Origin: Clostridiaceae bacterium
GTDB lineage: Bacteria; Bacillota; Clostridia; Lachnospirales; Lachnospiraceae
DNA: 64,000 bases
Direction of reading: 5' to 3'
Assembly: GCA_021200535.1 (NCBI GenBank)
Contig: JAJQGL010000114.1
Span: forward strand, 1,171-65,170
Shown here in pieces: positions 58,179 to 64,000 of the stretch. The first letter of the stretch is position 1. Every line of letters begins with the position of its first letter. Below the pieces are notes generated by a model. The model made no database searches and was not told the DNA's origin. It worked only from the letters and a program-made list of their open reading frames with translations. The translations under genes were made by a program, and so were the position numbers.

Positions 58179-60897
58179 ATGAGGAAAGCACTGACTGATA
58201 AGAAGAAAGCGTGATATTTCCTCTTAACGTGCCAGCGGCATAGCTCACTCCGGCATCGTAAACATAATAATCCGTTATGCTGCCTGCAGCACTGCCCCCT
58301 GTATATACTGCATAGCTATCTCCCACTACCAAATCCGGGCTGGAATACACAACATGCGAATATGCAGCCGGCGGAGCAGCCGTCAGCACATTCTGCCCGG
58401 AACTATCCTGAATATGGAACACGCTTCCGGCACTCTGATTCGATGAGAGGGAGACAACCAGCGAATATTGCGTTGAAGAGCTATCTGGTGCGGCAGCCAT
58501 ATCAGAAGGCCCTGCCGCCAGCAGCGTGCCGCCGTTCATTTGAAATTTATAATCGTAATCCAGCGCAGCGTCTCCTCCACTGGAAGTACAATAAACATAA
58601 ACTTCCCCGTCATTCATATAAATGTTACCGTTAGCATCCAGGCCATCTCCCTGTGCCAAAACCAGATAACGGCCGCCATTGATATACAGCGCATAGTCAT
58701 CAGAACTGCTGTTATTTTGGTCAAATGAGACTGACGTATCAGAAGCAAACCGGAAACTAGGATTCGTCTGCCATGGATCACTGTTATCCGAAGAGCCGCT
58801 GTCCCCTCCGGCAATATTGATTCCGTCATCCTCTGAAATTATTTTTACTTCTCCGCCATCCAGATACATAATTGCAGACTCCAGCCCCTCATAGCAGCTG
58901 TTAATCGTAATCGTTCCATCCCGCAGCAGAATTTTGCCATCTGCATGAATCGCATCATCCGCTGCATCAATCGTAATCGTTCCGTCAGTAATCTCAATAT
59001 CACTGTTAGAATGGATCGCATCGTCCCCCGTATTTTCACTGTTTGCGGAATTGCTGCTCCCGGTATCTGATGTATCAATCGAAATGGTACCTCCTGCAAT
59101 TTTAAGCAGTCCGTAGATATAAGCACTGGAATCTGTAATTCCCGCCGGGCTGGTGACACCGGATACCTTCATGCCCTTCATGCTGTCATCTGAATCTGCC
59201 CCCGACGCAGCGCTGACCGTAATCGCAATTACCGGGCTTTCCCGGACATAAAGTGTCGTGACTGCCTGAATGCCATCTCCCTGGGCATCAATGGTAATTG
59301 TCCCGCCACTGATATCAATATAACCGTACTCTATGCCGCTTGTCTCATTTGTCGTTTTCATGCCGTCTCCGGCAGATGTAATATCGATTGTTCCTCCGCC
59401 AATGGCAATCTCATCTTTTCCCTGAAGCCCGTCACTACCGGAAACTACTGTAATATTTCCGTTGGCAATGCGCAGCGCCCCTTTTGACTGGATGGCATCT
59501 CCGCCCTGTGAAGTTACCGTCAGGGAACCTGAACCGGTAATCAGCAGGCTGCTCTGATCTTCATCATAGCCTTTTCCATGAATCGCAGAGCCGGTATCCG
59601 ATTCATACGCTCCGTCCTCTTCTACCAAATCGGCATATTCCTCCGGACCTGTCACGCAATTAACGGAATCCTTTGCCAGAATAATGGTTGTATTTGTGTT
59701 TTTATTACTCAAAACCGGAGCGGTATAGGCATTTTGCAGCGTCAAATTGTGAAACACCAGCACAACACCTGTCACGCCTTTTTTGACCTTGATCTGATAA
59801 TTGCCGTCTTCCCCATCGCCAGATACAAGATAAGTGCCGGCGGCATTGATTGTCACTGTCCCTATGGAATAGGATGTATTTGTCTGCTCATTCTCAACGG
59901 AATCGCTGTTTTTGATTTTAAGGTTTGCCGTATCTGACGCTGTCCATCCGGAAGAAGAAAGCGTTATTGTAACCGCATCTGTAAGCTGGTCCGGATCATC
60001 CACCGGATTTAATTCTTCCTCTGTAAAATCAGCTGCCTGATTGACCTCTGTAACTGATTTGTCCGTTGTATCTGCAGCGGGATCTACTGTCGCCGCGGGT
60101 TCTGCTGTCGCAGAAGGGTCTGCTGTCGCCGCAGGCGAGGCTGTCTGTGATGACGGTCCTGTCGATGATGCCGGGGTGCCGGTTGCCGCAGTCTGCGCAT
60201 CTGCAGAGGTAGCATCCGGCGTATTAGTCGGCTGCGTTTCCGCCGTTTCTGACGGCTCAGATGAAGAATCCGCCGCGTCAGCTAAAATACGGTACAAATA
60301 TTTTGCGCTGTACAGTGAAGTACCGCAATATTTTTTCATTGTCTTTAAAGACACTGACCCGCCATTTTTTACTGCATAAACAGATAATGTTGTTTTTTTG
60401 GAAATTGTGATTTTTTTGATTTTGCCAGACGAAATGACATTCTTTTTTGTGAATTTTTTGCCCGTAGTATAAAAAACCTGATACCCTTTTTTGGCTTTTA
60501 CTTTGATGGTTATCTGTCCGGAGTATTTACCGGATTTCTTACTGACAGTGAAATACGGAGATTTCTTCACCCTGACAGTAAGCGTATTCTTTTTTCCAGT
60601 GCTTTTATTTTTTATAATAATGGCTGCCTTTCCGGCTTTCTTCGCAGTAATAAGACCGGCAGAAGAAACCTTCGCCACACTGGTATTTTTGGATTGGTAT
60701 GTTACAGTCTGTTTCGCAGAAGCATTGGTTTTTAGCTGAAATACAGATCCGGTATACATTATTTTTACCGTACCGGAAACATTCGTGATAGACAGCGCTT
60801 TTGCCGCCTGCGCAGAGGAAGCCGGAATCACAGCCCCATTTACAAGCAGCGTCAGAGCCAGCAAGAGCGCCAGCCTTTTTTTTCGCGTTTTATTCAT
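58162..60897 (-). CDS. Secreted carbohydrate-binding-domain protein (Cthe_2159/DUF4353-like beta-helix) with an Ig-like N-terminal domain
   Basis: Signal peptide, Ig-like ([25 protein letters not shown]), S/T/A/P linker, repeated GGTI.I...DDAIHAD beta-helix turns, and DGLDANG. Confidence 0.8.
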   Translation of the reverse strand: MNKTRKKRLALLLALTLLVNGAVIPASSAQAAKALSITNVSGTVKIMYTGSVFQLKTNASAKQTVTYQSKNTSVAKVSSAGLITAKKAGKAAIIIKNKSTGKKNTLTVRVKKSPYFTVSKKSGKYSGQITIKVKAKKGYQVFYTTGKKFTKKNVISSGKIKKITISKKTTLSVYAVKNGGSVSLKTMKKYCGTSLYSAKYLYRILADAADSSSEPSETAETQPTNTPDATSADAQTAATGTPASSTGPSSQTASPAATADPSATAEPAATVDPAADTTDKSVTEVNQAADFTEEELNPVDDPDQLTDAVTITLSSSGWTASDTANLKIKNSDSVENEQTNTSYSIGTVTINAAGTYLVSGDGEDGNYQIKVKKGVTGVVLVFHNLTLQNAYTAPVLSNKNTNTTIILAKDSVNCVTGPEEYADLVEEDGAYESDTGSAIHGKGYDEDQSSLLITGSGSLTVTSQGGDAIQSKGALRIANGNITVVSGSDGLQGKDEIAIGGGTIDITSAGDGMKTTNETSGIEYGYIDISGGTITIDAQGDGIQAVTTLYVRESPVIAITVSAASGADSDDSMKGMKVSGVTSPAGITDSSAYIYGLLKIAGGTISIDTSDTGSSNSANSENTGDDAIHSNSDIEITDGTITIDAADDAIHADGKILLRDGTITINSCYEGLESAIMYLDGGEVKIISEDDGINIAGGDSGSSDNSDPWQTNPSFRFASDTSVSFDQNNSSSDDYALYINGGRYLVLAQGDGLDANGNIYMNDGEVYVYCTSSGGDAALDYDYKFQMNGGTLLAAGPSDMAAAPDSSSTQYSLVVSLSSNQSAGSVFHIQDSSGQNVLTAAPPAAYSHVVYSSPDLVVGDSYAVYTGGSAAGSITDYYVYDAGVSYAAGTLRGNITLSSYQSVLSSSISFR

Positions 60898-61017
60898 AAC
60901 AAACCTCCTATTCTATGTGTAATTTCCTAAAATTGGCATATCCACATAGTAGAAGATAATTGTGACCGAAGTATGGCTGAAACCGGAATATGTATTGCCG
61001 CTGCTCTGGGGCAACGC

Positions 61018-61329
61018 TTACCTTTTTGCCAGCGCACGCCTGACAACCCCTTTCGGATCCCTGATTAATACCATTGCCAGCCAGATAAGCATCCCAAATG
61101 CCACAACAGAAATCCCTAAAAAGAAATCATTTAGCATATCTGCCGGCTCTGGTGTAAAATATGCCACTCCCAACTCAGCATATTCAAAAACCGCATCCAC
61201 AAACCACATCAGCGATGCTCCCCAGTAAACCAGAGCAAGCGTCCCGGTTTTCATCTGGTTTCCAGCGTCTTTCTGATACCAGATTACCGTAGAAATGATC
61301 GCTGCAATCACAGCTGTCAATAGTGTCAT
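61018..61329 (-). CDS. Small hypothetical membrane protein
   Basis: 103 aa with three hydrophobic helices; YWGASLMWFVDAVFEY motif. Confidence 0.75.
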   Translation of the reverse strand: MTLLTAVIAAIISTVIWYQKDAGNQMKTGTLALVYWGASLMWFVDAVFEYAELGVAYFTPEPADMLNDFFLGISVVAFGMLIWLAMVLIRDPKGVVRRALAKR

Positions 61330-61760
61330 ATCTGTTCCTCCTGCTTTTCTGATTCCATGGTGTGCTGTACTTCATCCGCCTTTTGCGCGCGTTTTTGTAT
61401 CGCACTGGCCGCCATAACCATTCCAAGCCATACAGCAGTGACGAGCATTGCCATAGCTACGCCGACGGTAGACATTTCATGCAGCATTCCGGCTCGGTCC
61501 GACGCATTTCCCATGGCAGTCAGAAACGGAAAATAAGGAACCACCTCACCATGCCATAAATGCTCAAAAGCCAGCAGCGCAGAACCGCCCCAGAGCATAT
61601 GGTTTAACCACTTCATTTTGTGCGAAAAAGAAAACTTGCTTTCCGCATCAGCCGCGGCAGTCTCTTCCTGTGCCAATGCCTTCTTTTCCCTTGACTCCAT
61701 TACTTTTGTTGCCACTGTTGTGACCGCTGCTTCCACAGCCGGTACAATAAAACATGCCAT
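61326..61760 (-). CDS. Small hypothetical membrane protein
   Basis: 144 aa; MACFIVP start with GGAGG RBS, and MLWGGSALLAFEHLWHGE. Overlaps the next gene by 4 bp. Confidence 0.78.
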   Translation of the reverse strand: MACFIVPAVEAAVTTVATKVMESREKKALAQEETAAADAESKFSFSHKMKWLNHMLWGGSALLAFEHLWHGEVVPYFPFLTAMGNASDRAGMLHEMSTVGVAMAMLVTAVWLGMVMAASAIQKRAQKADEVQHTMESEKQEEQI

Positions 61761-61849
61761 ACTTTTTCCCTCCTTTTTTGGAATAACAATCCCATTTCAC
61801 GTTTTCATTATCGTTTCTTTGACAGCCTATGTCAAGTGTTCTTCTCTGC

Positions 61850-62051
61850 TTTTTTCCTCCATGACGCTTCATAATTCTGTGGACAAGCGCCAGTCCTACG
61901 CCACTTCCCTTTGCAGGATGTCCAATGCCTCCTGGCCACCGGACGCAAGAATCACGGTAATGCCAAAGCTTTCCAGAATTTCTTTTTCTACCTGTAAATT
62001 CATTTCCTGATCGTCAACCAGAAGGACAGGCCCTCTCTGGCTGATATCCAT
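61850..62051 (-). pseudogene. Two-component system remnant: receiver-domain fragment fused out of frame to a histidine-kinase G2-box fragment
   Basis: 62051-61896 translates to MDISQRGPVLLVDDQEMNLQVEKEILESFGITVILASGGQEALDILQ...stop. An overlapping frame reads KGSGVGLALVHRIMKRHGG. Confidence 0.75.
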
Positions 62052-62261
62052 TGCTTCTCCCGGCTTTGCTTTTTTCAGCTGATCCCGCGACCCTGCTACT
62101 GTTCCAAAACCTGCGTCTCCTCATGCTGTCACTCCCTTATTTTTCTGATTTCTGTGTTATTGGCATTATACTATGCCCAGTTTTCTCAGGCAACCAAATT
62201 TCACCAGTAAACCTGAAAAAGAAGATGCCTTTGCCATCAATAATCTGCTAAAAATAGAAAC

Positions 62262-62482
62262 TTGACTATTTTAATTAAAATATGATAAAGTACTGTGGTG
62301 ATAGGTTCCGGCAAGATAAAACCATGCCAGTCAGGCAATGGAATATCCGGCCGAAACATATCTAAATAGAAACTAAGAAACAAAAAAACATAAACGACAC
62401 AAGTAGTGCTTTGCACGTAAATCTGATCACGGTAACTATGTAATATGATACTCAGATTTATGCAGCCTGCTTGTGTTTTTTT
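62262..62482 (+). promoter_or_regulatory. Promoter, operator-like palindrome and structured 5' leader ending in an intrinsic terminator (candidate riboswitch or attenuator)
   Basis: TTGACT-18-TAAAGT with extended TG; perfect palindrome TATTTTAATTAAAATA (62267-62282). Hairpin CCATGCC/GGCAATGG; long stem ACACAAGTA..TAAATCTGA/TCAGATTTA..TGCTTGTGT followed by T7. Confidence 0.5.
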
Positions 62483-62524
62483 ATGTGCAAAAATCGCAGG
62501 TATGCGGTAAACAGGAGGGAAAAC

Positions 62525-63709
62525 ATGCCACAAAATCAATTTCAGCGAATGACCTTCGCACTAATTACTGTTATCATCACAGTACATGCCTATGTATTCT
62601 ACAGTTTATATGTGATAAACGGCAGCTATTTTTCTTCTATCGAAGGCGCCACTGGCGTGATTGATGGAATCAATAAGCAGGGAGGCGTTTATGCATTTGG
62701 ACATTACATGCCGATATGGGCAATCATACTGATTGAGTTCTGTCTTGCCTATTTACTGGAAAACATTATGGGAAGCCCCTGTTCGTTCAAGCTCGCATTA
62801 AAAGTCTTTAACCCGGCGGAGACACACCATATGTTTTTTGAGACAGCCATCATCTGCGCAACTGTAGGGCTTATGTGCCCGGCCATGAGCTTTTTGGCTG
62901 CCTGGATGTACTATCCTTACTATGCGGGATTTAACCTATTTACTTTACTTGCTAATTGGCTAAAGCTGGTATGCTACAATTTTCCATTTGCCTATTTTTC
63001 ACAGCTGTTTTTCATCCAGCCTTTGGTAAGAACCATTTTCAAGCTTATTTTTGTCAGGGAAAAGCACGAAAAAGCAATCCCACAGACTGCAATTTCTTCT
63101 AACTGCATCATTACCGTCGGAAGAGAATTTTGCAGCGGCGGTGCGGAAACAGCGAAAAAACTGGCGGACAGACTCGGCTATCAGTTTTTAGACAAGGAGC
63201 TGATTGACCAGACGGCAAAGGAGCTTAACATGATGCCGGAATACGTAGAAGAAACAGAAGAAAAGCCGGCCGGTTTCTTTGATATACCGCCGCATTGGGT
63301 TCTTTCAGCAAATTGGTATATTGATGATTCCGAAAACGTTATGTCCAACAGCATGAAAATCATGAAAGTCCAAAAACAGATTATTCAGAAATATGCTGAA
63401 AAATCCGGCGTAGTAATTGTCGGCAGAACAGCGGACCAGATATTAAAGGATTATCCAAACGTGCTGAGTGTATTCTTCCACGCAGATAAGAAAAAAAGAA
63501 TTGCACGCTGCCAAAAACTTTCTGCATGTGATGAAGAAAAAGCAAGAAAGGCAATTAAAAAAATGGATAAGCTAAGGGCAGATTATTATAATACCAATAC
63601 CGGAAAGGTGTGGGGTTCCCAAAATACATACGATATGTATCTTGATTTAGGCGAATTGGGAACAGATGCTGCCATCGACCAAATCATTTCTCAATTAAAG
63701 GGAATGTAA
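62525..63709 (+). CDS. Membrane domain (DUF2798-like) fused to a cytidylate-kinase-like P-loop domain
   Basis: Four TM helices (WLKLVCYNFPFAYFSQLFFIQPLVR), then IITVGREFCSGG, GRTADQIL, DKLRADYYN..TG..WG...YD..L. AGGAGG precedes ATG 62525. Confidence 0.8.
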   Translation: MPQNQFQRMTFALITVIITVHAYVFYSLYVINGSYFSSIEGATGVIDGINKQGGVYAFGHYMPIWAIILIEFCLAYLLENIMGSPCSFKLALKVFNPAETHHMFFETAIICATVGLMCPAMSFLAAWMYYPYYAGFNLFTLLANWLKLVCYNFPFAYFSQLFFIQPLVRTIFKLIFVREKHEKAIPQTAISSNCIITVGREFCSGGAETAKKLADRLGYQFLDKELIDQTAKELNMMPEYVEETEEKPAGFFDIPPHWVLSANWYIDDSENVMSNSMKIMKVQKQIIQKYAEKSGVVIVGRTADQILKDYPNVLSVFFHADKKKRIARCQKLSACDEEKARKAIKKMDKLRADYYNTNTGKVWGSQNTYDMYLDLGELGTDAAIDQIISQLKGM

Positions 63710-63766
63710 GCGCTTTCTTATTTTAAAATAGTCTTTCCGGTTTTCACAGAATTTTAACAAAGCAAA

Positions 63767-63809
63767 TTAGCACTCACCTCTTGACAGTGCTAACAAAAGG
63801 TGTTATAAC
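63767..63809 (+). promoter_or_regulatory. CIRCE (HrcA operator) overlapping the sigma-A promoter of hsp20
   Basis: TTAGCACTC-ACCTCTTGA-CAGTGCTAA (63767-63793), with TTGACA-17-TATAAC. Confidence 0.9.
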
Positions 63810-63876
63810 ATAGTCAGAGCAAAGGAAAATAAGCAGGTAAACATGAAACAAGGTTTTTGAAAAGGAGTGATGACTT

Positions 63877-64000
63877 ATGTTTACACCAAGTATTTTCAGA
63901 GAAAACTTATTGGACGACTTTTTCAGATCACCATTTAGCAGTTATACATCAAATACTGCTGACATGATGAAAACCGATGTAAAGGAAGTTGATAACAACT
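63877..64000 (+). CDS. Hsp20/alpha-crystallin small heat-shock protein (5' part, truncated by the window edge)
   Basis: AAAGGAG RBS; MFTPSIFRENLLDDFFRSPF...MMKTDVKEVDN, the typical Firmicute sHSP N-terminus; CIRCE upstream. Confidence 0.88.
   Translation, partial: MFTPSIFRENLLDDFFRSPFSSYTSNTADMMKTDVKEVDNN

Noticed and set aside
1-64000. tRNA, rRNA, transposase, integrase, prophage, reverse transcriptase or cas genes
   Set aside because: No cloverleaf or rRNA-like stretch and no such protein motifs were seen. This was by eye only; tRNAscan-SE, Infernal and HMM searches would be needed to exclude them fully.

Overview
A 64-kb chromosomal window from a Firmicute. The gene content and protein families point to Lachnospiraceae (inference). 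About 50 coding genes fill it, mostly housekeeping: a t6A/tRNA-maturation operon (tsaE-tsaB-rimI-rnz-tsaD), proB, MarR-citrate synthase, cysE, a self-contained chemosensory cluster (cheR-cheB-cheY-like-cheA-cheW-MCP), rdgB, an amidase, a GH2 glycosidase, two ABC exporters, an RlmL-like methylase, radA, clpC, a cohesin/SH3-glucosaminidase pair, hslO, a LacI-GGDEF protein, uvrA, yfbR, HIT, rmlC/rmlD, an aminopeptidase, a metal-binding lipoprotein, clpB, a Cthe_2159-like protein and the start of hsp20. I saw no rRNA, tRNA, transposase, integrase, cas gene or CRISPR array. The strongest candidate for an undescribed system is a stand-alone RelA/SpoT-type nucleotidyltransferase with a non-canonical motif 3 and a long unrecognised C-terminal region (5352-7196). 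It is preceded by a modular, GNRA-capped structured repeat (5126-5320). Other leads: a 166-bp CTAG-bounded palindrome before cysE, a dispersed REP-like hairpin family, 23-bp tandem repeats flanking a RacA-like MerR gene, a terminator-containing leader before a membrane/cytidylate-kinase-like fusion, a homopolymer frameshift in a thioredoxin-like gene, and two deletion scars (ogt, two-component system). All family calls come from motif recognition by eye, with no database search run. Where a ribosome-binding site was clear I moved start codons downstream of the ORF-track start.
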